The translations under genes were made by a program, and so were the position numbers. Of a DNA stretch of 64,000 bases, positions 35,610 to 46,916 are shown one piece after another; position 1 is the stretch's first letter, and each line of letters opens with the position of its first letter. Below the pieces are notes generated by a model. It saw only the letters and a list, made by a program, of their open reading frames with translations. It had not been told where the DNA came from and did no database searches. Source of the DNA: Anthoceros angustus (lineage: Eukaryota; Plantae; Anthocerotophyta); assembly GCA_010909165.1 (NCBI GenBank), contig VJWM01000044.1:1488001-1552000 (forward strand), in the 5' to 3' direction.

Positions 35610-37000
35610 TGTAACTACATGATCGGAGAACACAAAGCTATCAAGATTGAATAAATTGATTGATTGTTTACAATGTAGGTGTGCCTCTTAGAAAGGTGTA
35701 TAGTTCAGCGAGAACCCTAACTAGGATTAACTACCTAGGTTAGAACTGACTCTAATTAATGGTATTCACACACCCCCTTAATTCTAGGAAGGATAATCGC
35801 TCTCAAGGTATTGAAGACAAGCCCAACATCTCGCAGCAATGCTCGAGTATAGGACACGAACTTCAAGCACAGACAGAGTGAAGACATAACGATGTCGACT
35901 TTCTAGAGTCCGGATCACAGCCCAATGAGTCCGCCCATCCTAGAAGCTTGTCTTGTGCACCCTCACCAGTATAAGTGATGCACGATGTCTTTGTCTTTTG
36001 AAGATATCGAAGGATGCGCTTCGACCACCAATGTGGCTTCCCAGGGGAGGCTTGAAACTGAGCAGTGTGATTACATGCACAAGCAACATCAAGTCTGGTA
36101 TTCTGAACCAAGTGTTGTATACTGCCTACAATGCCTTTATAGGGTATATCCTTCATTTCTTCTATCTCTGCAGGAGTGCTTGGGCACATAGAGGAACGTA
36201 GCCTTTCGCCAGTTTGCATAGGGGTGTCAATAGGTTTACAATTTTGCATCTGATACTTTTCTAGCATGTCTATAATGTACCTCTCTTGATGAAGACTAAT
36301 GCTATTTGCGTTAATGATAACCTGTACTCCAAGTAGAAACTTGATGACCCCATTGTCAGTCATCAGAAACTCCTTGCTGAGTTCACTTTTGATCAAGTTG
36401 AGAAAGCCAAGGTCATTGGAACAAAGAACAAGGTCGTCAACATAAAGACCCAATATAAGGTACGAGTTACCTTGTCTTCTTATGAAGACACTTGAATCTG
36501 CATAGGACTTGATGAAGCCCTGGCTAAGGAGAAAGATTTGCAATCTCTCATACCAGCCACGAGGCGATTGTTTTAATCCGTATAAGGTCTTGTGGAGTTT
36601 ACAGACTTTGTGGGCTTCACCATATTTGATATAGCCCTCCGGTTGTTGTAGATAGATTTCTTCTCGAAGGACGCCATTCAGGAAGGCCGTTTGTACATCC
36701 ATTTGATGTACATGAAGGTTGTGGATGGCAGAGAGAGCAAGCATGATCCAAAGGGAGGTAAGCTTCACAACTGGACTGCAGGAGCTTTCCTTTTGATAAT
36801 CTAAGCCATCCTTTTGGGTAAAACCCTGTGCAACAAGTCTAGCTTTGTACTTGGAAAGACTTCCATCAGCATTATATTTCTTCTTTAATATCCATTTGCT
36901 TGTCACGATACTTCTGCCAGGAGGAGGCACTGAGTGGCGAGCCTCTATGGATCGAGAGTTCAACTCTCTTATTGCTAATAAAACTTGGACTCTCGTAGAC
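35610..37000 (-). mobile_element. Truncated Ty1/copia (copia-3): RT, mostly deleted RNase H, PPT and probable 3' LTR (35610-35770)
   Basis: KARLVAQGF, HQMDVQTAFLNG, LYGLKQSP, LYVDD. PPT TAAGGGGG at ~35773-35780. TG..CA segment of 161 bp. The RT N-terminus at 36929-37000 is inverted. Confidence 0.85.
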
Positions 37001-37172
37001 GGATAGCAAACATGTTGAATGTACCCTTGTACACAGGGGCGACATGTTGAATGTACCCTTGTACCCTCATGCAACATGCCACGCCGTACTGCAGGGACCT
37101 GTTCCATTTCATTCTCCAGGAAGTGGTGGCCAAGTGGATAGCAAACATGTTGAATATGCCCTTGTACACAAT
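37001..37172. repeat. Short dispersed/tandem repeats (ACATGTTGAATGTACCCTTGTAC) x3
   Basis: Copies near 37010, 37042 and 37145. Confidence 0.8.
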
Positions 37173-38277
37173 GGCGAGGGCGCCGGCCAGCCGGCGCCCC
37201 CTCCCTTGCTTTCATGCTGTTCCGATAATGTGTGAAGGATCACAAATGAAACCTACACGATAAACGAAATTTTGTTCCCCACAAATATGTATGATGGATT
37301 GAACCTGTCCGGGAGATTGCATAACCCTTCCATAGTGGCGTTGGATTCGTAGATGTCTAATCTGCTTTCTCGACCGGCAAACATGGTGTGCATTGTGAGT
37401 CTTGTTTTGGTGAACAAGCAGTGCAGAATAGGGACACCCTTGATAAATGTACCACGGAAAAGTGGTATGATCTAGGAGCCAGACCCTTTTTTTCCCTTTA
37501 GTTTCCACACAATAGCTGAAACCGCTGCTTTTAGACCCATCAACAACCCCCTTCAGCGCTTATTAAAAAAAAACCCCCATCGAGGATATTCCCCCCCTTC
37601 AAAATTTCTCGTGTTAAATGCATATGGCAGTTTGTGCCTGGTTTTTGACTGGCTCTTCATATAGGTGCCTGTCATTTTGCACGCAGCGAGTAACAGGGAA
37701 AAAGTTTGGAGGAAGATCACAGCCTAGAAACGTAGGAAGGTTCATCTTGAATTCAACTTCCTTGACCATACACGTATGGTGGGGATGTAGGTATGGCAAG
37801 CTGTTTTGGCTGAACAAGAAGTAGTCTGCAGACAATTATGGACGAGACAAGGCCCAGGAGTACAGCGGTGCAGCTATGACATCCCTCCTCCAAATGGCGA
37901 AAGCTTGGAGATTGTGTGCTGACAATGCCATTGGCAAGGATATAGTTGTAGCCAATGATGTTTCTCAGCGTGTATCAAAGCCAGTTGGAATTTAAATGTG
38001 AAATTTGCAATGAGCGTGGACTGATTGTTGGTATTTCGCATGGTGCAGTGTACACATTGCAGATGCAGTTGGTCGTGGGCACATGTTCATTTTGGAGCTC
38101 AGGCAGATAGATTGACAGCTTTGCAGAGCATAGCTGGTACAAGTTACTTCAAGCTCAGGAGGTGAAATCCGAGTTCATAATTGCTTTCTTTTGTTGGTTA
38201 TTGCTTTCTTTTGGGCACATTTGATTTGGATCGTTGGGTTTCTTGGAGTTTCTGTTGCACGTATTGTTTATCTGCAG

Positions 38278-38563
38278 GCATGTTCGCTTCAAGTTGGTTA
38301 CATGTGCACTTGTACATTGGTTCACTTTTCTTGCCATGTGGTTCTCGCATGTTCCTGTGGTTAGATGGGCACTTGTACATGGTTCACTTTTCTTGCCTTG
38401 TGATCCTGGCATGTTCCCGTGGTTATATGGGCACTTGTACATGGCTCACTCTTCTTGCCTTGAGGTCCTGGCATGTTCCCATGGTTACATGGGCACTTGT
38501 ACACTGGTTCCCTTTTCGTGCCATGTGGTCATGACATATTCCCGTGGTTATATGGGCACTTAT
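38278..38563. repeat. 62-bp minisatellite, ~4.5 copies
   Basis: GGGCACTTGTAC core at 38367, 38429, 38491 and 38554 (last copy degenerate). Confidence 0.9.
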
Positions 38564-38690
38564 ACCTTGCTGGAATAGCTCAAGGAAAAGATGCAAGAGA
38601 TAGGCTATACGTTTACTGTTCAGAAAGACGATAATAGTAAAAACCAAAGTGAGAGCCAGAGCGCAAGTTTCTAGTGTGCTGTCCCTAGTT

Positions 38691-39937
38691 TGGTAGAAGG
38701 CCGAATGGCTAACAAACCAGCTAAAAAAGAGTGTTTAGAGTTGTGGAATGGGGTTTTGCATCCGAAGATGCAAAGAGGCCATTACCCTCTATGTCGTTAT
38801 AGTCCTAGGATTCGATCCCAAGGGAATGGTTTTGTGTCAAGATGTTCTAAAACTATGGGTCCTAGCTCTACCACAGCCGATCCTTACCCTACCAGAACCA
38901 GCTACCATACCTGAACCCACCACCGTGGAAGGCTCAGCCACCACAGTGGGGGGGTTCAGCCACCGTAGTGGCTGATTCGACCACTGTGGTGGGCCCCACC
39001 ACGACGCGCGTGTGCGCGCGGTTGTCTGTTGGTCACCCAGTCCTCCTGGCGTGGTCTCTGAGGGTTATGATTTCACGCGCACACACACCTAAGGTCACAC
39101 CCACTCTAATTCACTCACAAGGGAGACCGCTCGGGCGTTCGAGGATTAGGCACCATGACCATGAACACCACAAGGCCTTACTCCGTGACCACCGATCTCA
39201 TCGCTCACTTCTCCTTTCTAACATTCCCGTTTCCTCAAAGCGTGCCGCATACTCCCTACGGTGGCACTTCTCTCCTTTCCTTTTTCCAAGAACCTCCCAC
39301 TCTACCACATGAATACTCCCTCTCGCTCCCTTTCTCAAGCCACATGACCTCATACACCACGCGCACAAGATTTTCCCAGATCCTCCTCTCTCAGGCCACA
39401 CAGACCTCTCTTGGGCCACACACACCCCTCCTTGGGCCACACAGACCCCCCCCCTGGGCCACACAGACCCCTCCTCGGGCCACACAGACCCCTCCTCAGA
39501 ATTAGACACAATCTGGTTAGACAGCGGGTTGGGGAAAGGGAAAAACAGCTAGTCGGTTCCACAGCGGATTCGCATACCCGCGATCTCACCCCGGTCCCCT
39601 ACGGGAATTTCCCTCTCCTGGCATGCGTTGAGCACCCTTCACCACTAGTCACCCCAGACGCGGAGATTGGTCACTCAGCTCTCGACCATTCAGGGATCTT
39701 CCCGGTCTTCTTGTGATGAGAAAACGATGTGCCGAACCCGTTCGATGCTGACCAGACGTCTCCAATCAACCCCGCGCGAGGATTTGATACACGGAAGTTC
39801 ACACCTGAAATCGTCTGTTAAGAGAGACACTCAAAGGGTCTCTTATACATCTGCTTGGCCTCACTTTCCAAAGGTCTAAAGATGGCTAACCTACCTCCAG
39901 GTGTCTAAGATGGCTAACTTACCACGAGCGCCTACCA
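38691..39937. mobile_element. Possible LTR-like segment
   Basis: Termini TGGTAG..CTACCA are inverted; contains an internal minisatellite; followed by a degenerate PBS-like GGGTATCTGA. No TSD and no partner LTR seen. Confidence 0.3.
39393..39497. repeat. ~21-bp minisatellite (GGGCCACACAGACCCCTCCT) x5
   Basis: Direct inspection of repeated units. Confidence 0.9.
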
Positions 39938-40515
39938 ATTCGGGTATCTGATTCACAAGCTTCCTAGCACCTTATCCTCTAATCCAAGTGAAAGCCTCGA
40001 CCTATGATGCCGCTCCTCTAAAATCAGCCGCCTCTGTGGCCGCCTAGCCTACTGCCCATGGGTGTTCCCTCGCCTCCTACCACGCCTCGATCCGAAAGAT
40101 CCTCCTTAATATCTCTCTCGGCTAGGGGTTATTCTCCATTAAAGGGGTTTGGGTCCCTAAAGACCAAAAAATGACCCCCGAAAACGGGCCAAAATGCATC
40201 ATTTTCAGCAAAACCACTGTTTAAACATGTACTGAAAGATATTGACCATGTTATTTTCTCGTGAATACTTACACTAACAGGGTTTAAGCCGAAGAAGGTT
40301 CGCGGATTTCACCTTCACAAGGAAGGGATTTCAAGGATTTTTAACAGGTGCTAGGAATCCTAAACACCTCTTTCGCAGGTGATAGTACTTCCTAGCAGGG
40401 TGAACAGTAGATAAACCAAACAAAACTAGTCCGACAAGCCAAAGCGGACGTCCGGCGCAACCAACACGCAAAAGTAGCAAGCGAAAAACAGCTGGCGGAC
40501 GTTCGAGCGCAATTG

Positions 40516-41137
40516 TGAAGAACATTAACCGATAGCCCGATCATGGCCATCTTGAGAGGACCAAACTACGACTCTAGAAAGTAGTGCTGGGCGTTTGATG
40601 CCTTTGTGAGTACACAACCACAGGATCTCCATTGTTAGAGTGAAAACATAGGAAGGAATTGGAGCAATCGCGGACGTTCGGCACATTGGCGCGAGTCTAC
40701 TAAAACTGCGGACGTCCGGCGCATTTCTGAGACCCCAATCTTGCGGGCGTCAGATGGAAATGGTGGAGTGGATGCCGGACGTCCGGCGCAACCAACACAT
40801 AAAAGTAGCAATTACAAGCCGAAAAGAAACAGCTGCACCGGGGCGTTGCGCGTGTGAAGAACATTAACCGATAGCCCGATCATGGCCATCTTGAGAGGAC
40901 CAAACTACGACTCTAGAAAGTAGTGCTGGACGTTTGATGCCTTTGTGAGTACACAACCACAGGATCTCCATTGTTAGAGTGAAAACATAGGAAGGAATTG
41001 GAGCAATCGCGGACGTTCGGCACATTGGCGCGAGTCTACTAAAACTGCGGACGTCCGGCGCATTTCTGAGACCCCAATCTTGCGGGCGTCCAGCGAGATG
41101 GAAATGGTGGAGTGGATGCGCCGGACGTCCGGCGCAA
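40516..41137. repeat. ~339-bp tandem duplication
   Basis: AACATTAACCGATAGCCCGATCATGGCC.. at 40521 and 40860. Confidence 0.93.
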
Positions 41138-41172
41138 ATGTATATATATTTTTTGAACCCCATTAGTAGTAT

Positions 41173-41597
41173 CTGCTTGGGATTGGTGTTGGTAGGCTCG
41201 ATGGCTTAGGAACTGCTTGGGATTGGTGTTGGTAGGCTCGATGGCTTAGGAACTCCAAGATTAAGCACCCTTGGGCCGGATCAGTACCCGGATGGGGTGC
41301 TCGACCTTGGTGCGATAGAAATTTCATAGCTATGCACCTTTGGGTTGGATTAGTCGAGGCTCGATGGCTTAGAACTCCAAGATTAAGCACCCTTGGGCGG
41401 ATCGATTCCGGATGGGGTGCTCGACCTTGGTGCGATAGAAATTTCATAGCACCTTTGGGTTGGATTAGTACGAGGCTCGATGGCTTAGAACTCCAAGATT
41501 AAGCACCCTTGGGCCGGATCAGTACCCGGATGGGGTGCTCGACCTTGGTGCGATAGAAATTTCATAGCTATGCACCTTTGGGTTGGATTAGTACGAG
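41173..41597. repeat. ~40-bp duplication followed by a ~120-bp tandem repeat x3
   Basis: AACTCCAAGATTAAGCACCCTTGGG at 41251, 41373 and 41489. Confidence 0.92.
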
Positions 41598-44500
41598 GAT
41601 GGTTTGGTTTTTTTTGGCGCTTTGAAAACTTTGTAAGAACTCCACTGTTAAGCAACCTAGAGGCGTATCAATACCAGGATGGAGTGTTGATTTTTAGTGG
41701 TTTGAAAATTTTGTAAATCATCCCGGTATCTAGGCGTAAAGTCATGAATATTATTTTTGAAAATCATTTGTTGGTTGATGTTATATTCCCACATTCGCTT
41801 TGTATACAACATGTTAAACCTTTTTGGCCTTACTCTATGTGCCTTCGATGACTTGCGGTGGATCTCTTTGATTGGTGCCAAAATGTCCGGCTCATTCGAG
41901 TTTGATGCGTATAGATGCATAGGCCTTGGTTTCTAGATGAGCTACATTTTCCAAAATTCGACATGTATGATGGTGGTTTCTAATGGCCAACCTTTTGAAG
42001 GCGACAATGTTTCACAATGTTTTGCGAGAAGCAAGAAAATAAATAGAATAGATGATTTGTCCTTGAGTAATGAAAGCACATCGGATGCGATCGAACACAA
42101 GTATAAGAGAGCATCTCGCTCGCCACCGCGAGCCCTAGTGAGAGCAGTATCTGAAGAAAGAGGGCTGGTCCGTGGGGTTTTGACCAAATGGTGAGTATTT
42201 TAGTGAGGCTCGAAGGAGGACTGTCTATACCCACCGTGATACCACCGTGGGCGCAGCTAGGTGTTCAAGGCAGAACTATAGCCAAGCTTCGCCAGAGATT
42301 TTGAATTTAAGATCGACTTGCTCCATGTGCCACCCATGGATAGATTAAGGTTGAAAGCGATGCGGACTTGACAAGAAGAAATGTAAGCTCAAGAGTTTGA
42401 TCAAGAGCGGTTGAGGAGGCCTCACCATCCTTTACCTTGTCCAATTCTGCGCGGGGCCTAATCTGCAGATCTAAGTGCGGCTTATCTCGACACGGAGGGG
42501 CCGGTCGACGGTATGCTGCCATGCAGGATTGCTCAATCACGGGGTTTGAAAAGAGAATTGATGTGAGTGTTGGTGCGGTGGCAAGTGTGCACAAGCAACA
42601 GCGAAAGTGCTTGCCTACACAAGTATTGGCAACCCTCTCCAAACCCGGTGTATTGCACCTCTTTGGAGTATAAGTCGCGGACGTTGGTGCACTCCAGCTC
42701 TTTGGAGCATAAGTGCGCCAGTCATCCGGCCACTTGGTACAAAGGTGTGTCCGGCATTTGTGCGGACTGTGGGCACATTAGGTCTTCTTTTGGGCTCGGA
42801 TGCATGGGCTGTGGGTTCGCAAATCACTAAAAACAGTGAAATGAGACATGTGCATTTCTGGATGGTTGGGGCCAAAATGGGGTTCGGAGACAAACCCCTA
42901 TGCTGAGAAACATTGTTAATATCTCCACCTCACTCCCGCTATCCGAGGTCCCTTCACTCCTCCTAGGAGGCGTCATCTCGCCCTCGCACGTTTCTCGCTC
43001 CTCATCATGAAAACCGTATCCTCCGCCCACGCTCTAGCCTCCGCCTTGCTCATTTCCTCGAGCACAACTGTGAAGGGTATGCCCGGCTCACATGGACAAT
43101 CTTGGCCGCCTCGAACTGAGGGAGTTGCATCCTCCCATAAGCCCCGACGGTGGCTTCCCACCGGTCCTTCTTCCGCATGACGATGGTGGCTCCACCACGT
43201 GGTGGTCGCTTCAACGGTGGGTCAAGCCACCATCGGGTGTTGCTCTACCCTTCTTGATTTTGCCTCTCTCTTGACCACAGCCTAGCCTCACCTCTCTCCC
43301 GCTTATACCTCTCCGCGCTTCCCGAACTCTCCAGAGGTGCAGGCGTCTCCACTTGTTCCCCGGGCCTCATTGGGTTGGATTAACGGATGGTTTGGTTTTT
43401 GGCGCTTTGAAAACTTTGTAAGAACTCCTTTGTTAAGCAACCTAGGCGTATCAATACTAGGATGGAGTGTTGATTTTTAGTGGTTTGAAAATTTGTAAAT
43501 CATCCGGTATCTAGGCGTAAAGTCATGAATATTATTTTTGAAAATCATTTGTTGGTTGATGTTATATTCCCACATTCGCTTTGTATACAACATGTTAAAC
43601 CTTTTTGGCCTTACTCTATGTGCCTTTCGATGACTTGCAGTTGGATCTCTTTGATTGGTGCGCCAAATGTCCGGCTCATTCGAGTTTGATGCACGTATAA
43701 ATGCATAGGCCTTGGTTTCTAGATGAGCTACATTTTCCAAAATTCGACATGTATGATGGTGGTTTCTAATGGCCAACCTTTTGAAGACGACAATGTTTCA
43801 CAATGTTTTGCAGAGAAACAAGAAAATAAATAGAATAGATGATTTGTCCTTGAGTAATGAAAGCACATCGGATGCGATCGAACACAAGTATAAGAGAGCA
43901 TCTGCACGGCCCTGCGAGCCCTAGTGAGGCAGATGTCGAAGAAAGAGGTCAGTGGGGTTTTGACCAAATGGTGAGTATTTTAGTGAGGCTCGAAGGAGGA
44001 CTGTCTATACCTGTGCGCCCACTACGGTGTGGCCTGACTAGGTGTTCAAGGCAGACTATAGCCAAGCTTCGCCGGAGATTTTGAATTTAAGATCGACTTG
44101 CTCCATGTGCCACCCATGGATAGATTAAGGTTGAAAGCGATGCGGACTTGACAAGAAGAAATGTAAGCTCGAAGAGTTTGATCAAGAGCGGTTGAGGAGG
44201 CCTCACCATCCTTTACCTTGTCCAATTCCCATGGCCTAATCTGCGAGATCTAAGTGCGGCTTATCTCCGACACGGAGGGGCCGGTCGACGGTATGCACGT
44301 GCAGGATTGCTGAATCACGGGGTTTGAAAAGAGAATTGATGTGAGTGTTGGTGCGGTGGCAAGTGTGCACAAGCAACAGCGAAAGTGCTTGCCTACACAA
44401 GTATTGGCGCAACCCTCTCCAAACCCGGTGTATTGCACCTCTTTGGAGTATAAGTCGCGGACGTTGGTGCACTCCAGCTCTTTGGAGCATAAGTCATGAT

Positions 44501-45127
44501 CATCCGGCCACTTGGTACAAAGGTGTGTCGGCATTTGTCGGACGGTGGGGCACATTAGATCTTCTTTTGGCGGCATGGGGCGTGGGTTCGCAAATCACTA
44601 AAGCAGTGAAATGAGACATGTGCATTTACGGATGGTTGGGGCCAAAATGGGGTTGGAGACAAACCCTATCTTTGAGAAACATTGTTAATATCTCCACCTC
44701 ACTCCCGCTATCCAGGTCCCTTCACTCCTCCTAGGCGCCGTCCGCTCACTGCGCACGTTTCTCGCTCCTCATCAGCTGGAGACATGCGTCGTTCCTCGTC
44801 ACGCTCTAGCCTCCGCCTTGCTCATTTCCTCGAGCACAACTGTGAAGGGTATGCCGCTCACATGGACAATCTTGGGTGATGCTCAGGGAGTTGCATCCCC
44901 TCCTCTGGCGCTCACGGTGGCTTCCCACCGGTCCTTCTTCCGCTGACGATGGTGGCTCCACCACCTGGTGGGCCGCTAGCAGTGGGTATTGACCCTGCGG
45001 TGGCTCTACCCTTCTTGGTTGCCTCTCTCTTGACCCGGCCCTAGCCTCACCTCTCTCCGCTTATACCTCTCCGCTAGCTTCCTGAACTTCTCCAGAGGTG
45101 CCAGCGTCTCCACTTGTTCCTGGGCCC
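41579..45127. repeat. ~1.79-kb tandem duplication containing a fragmented Cys/His-rich minus-strand coding-like region
   Basis: GGATGGTTTGGTTTT at 41597 and 43385; the copies are colinear with many small indels. Confidence 0.93.
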
Positions 45128-45494
45128 CTGTTGCTGAATGAAGGATCCCCCACCTTATATAGACAATTTTTATCCCTAAAAATCCCAAGGTCTAAGGACT
45201 CTCTGGCCCGTCATACACAGGTTCAAGGTCCAAGGACTAATTATTTGTAAAAGTAATATTGTCATGGGCCAAGGACCACTTTTAGTATAAAAGGCCTTGC
45301 CTCGGACATTTCCTAAGCACCCCATCACACAAAACATAAGAAAAACAAAAAAAACATTCAAACCAACAGTCCAGGGGAGGGTTAGTGTACATGTGGTCTT
45401 CCACAAGAGTGCAATTGCTTAGGTAAAGCCTTGGTGAGAAGGTTAGCAATGTTCTCACCTGTAGGAACATACTCCACTTGTACCTTGTCCTTAT

Positions 45495-46260
45495 CATTGA
45501 TAGACCTTGTCCATGTCAACCTCAAAACCTTTAGGTTGAGACATATAGATTTCTTCATCTAGGGTTCCATTTAAGAAAGTTGTTTTGACATCCAACTGAT
45601 GTACTAACAAACCAAATTGAGCTACTATGGCTAAAAAGATCCTAATTGAGGTAGACTTGACTAATGTGGAAAAGGTCTAATTATAATCTAGACCAGCTAC
45701 TTGACTGTATCCCTTAGCAACAAGCCTAGCCTTGTATTGACCTACACTGCCATCAGTATTAAGCTTCTTCTTACATACCCACGTGCAAGCAACTGGCTTG
45801 CGACCTTTGGGTAACTCAACCAACTTCCAAGTCTGGTTGGCAATGAGGGAATCATATTCCGAATTGATAGCCTATTTCCAATATTCCGCGGTCACAGATG
45901 GCCTCTTGATATGTGACAGGTTTAGATGTATCAAAAGACACACGATGTGAGAAAACTACTCCAGCAACAAATGGAGGGTCTAACCATTCAGTACGAGGGC
46001 GATGAGTGCAGGAGGAACGATGAAGAATAGGAGAGACAGGTGTATCATTAGGAACAAAAGAAACATGGACGATAGGAGGAACAACTTCTACGGCTTCTAC
46101 GAGTTCATCAGGAGTAAGCTTAGGAATAGGTTATGTAGATTCCTTGGCTGAAACGACTGGTGTTGATGTAGTATCCCCCCTTGAAGCCGAAGAAGAAGAA
46201 GACTCATCAAAGGAAAACACAGAGACATCAGGAGGGTCTTCAGAATTAGTCATGTGAATC
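45495..46260 (-). mobile_element. Degenerate copia RT N-terminal fragment related to copia-2
   Basis: NQTWKLVELPKGRKPVAC..KARLVAKGYSQVAGLDYN*..VHQLDVKTTFLNGTLDEEIYMSQP; contains stops. Confidence 0.85.
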
Positions 46261-46703
46261 ATCAATGCCATGAATGGTCGGAGCAAAAGGAGAGATACCA
46301 GGAGATAAAATAGAAGCATGATAACGAAGAAGGGCATTCTCAAGAGGTATATGTGCATAGAGGTGCTAGGGTACGGAGACTGACGGAGGAATGTGTCATT
46401 AACCTGTTCCGGTCTGCTGGACTCTAAACAGTGTTTTGAGACACCCTAAGTGGAGTTTGTGGGAAGGTCCAGTGGGTTGGCGTCTGGTCCGTGAGTTGCG
46501 GAGTGGCATACGCCTAGGGTTTGCGGGTCCGCCGGACCCAACATGATGAAGTCCGTTCACGCGACAAGTTTTGGAGCTTAGGCAGAATAAGCACGAGTCC
46601 ATTCCCCGTGGAACGAACCCCAGTACTACATCGACATTGGGTTATAAATGTGCACCCAGCTAATCCACTAGCAAAAGTTACCCCACAAGACTATAACAGA
46701 CTT

Positions 46704-46813
46704 AGTGGATACCCTTGGTGCAAGTAGCTTAGGCACACCATGGTACAAGTTGTTAGGTACCAAGTCCCATGGCTGAAAATTCCATCTGAGTAGACTATAA
46801 TAGACTTCTTCTT
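46704..46813 (+). mobile_element. Second copy of the SINE-like/LINE-tail element
   Basis: AGTGGATACCCTTGGTGCAAGTAGCTTAGGCACACCATGGTACAAGTTGTTAGGTACCAAGTCCCATG..AGACT..CTTCTTCTT, matching the reverse complement of 5923-6040. Confidence 0.75.
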
Positions 46814-46916
46814 CCACTATGTTTATTCATGAAACAAATTGGTCGCTCAATTTGGTATGGGGAGAGATGTACCCATGACTCCAGCAATAGAATTGAAAAT
46901 TAAATATACTCATGAC

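Noticed and set aside
36929-37215. N-terminal ~95 aa of the 450-aa ORF 35863..37215
   Set aside because: Translation of tandem repeats and of the inverted segment, not a real domain fusion.
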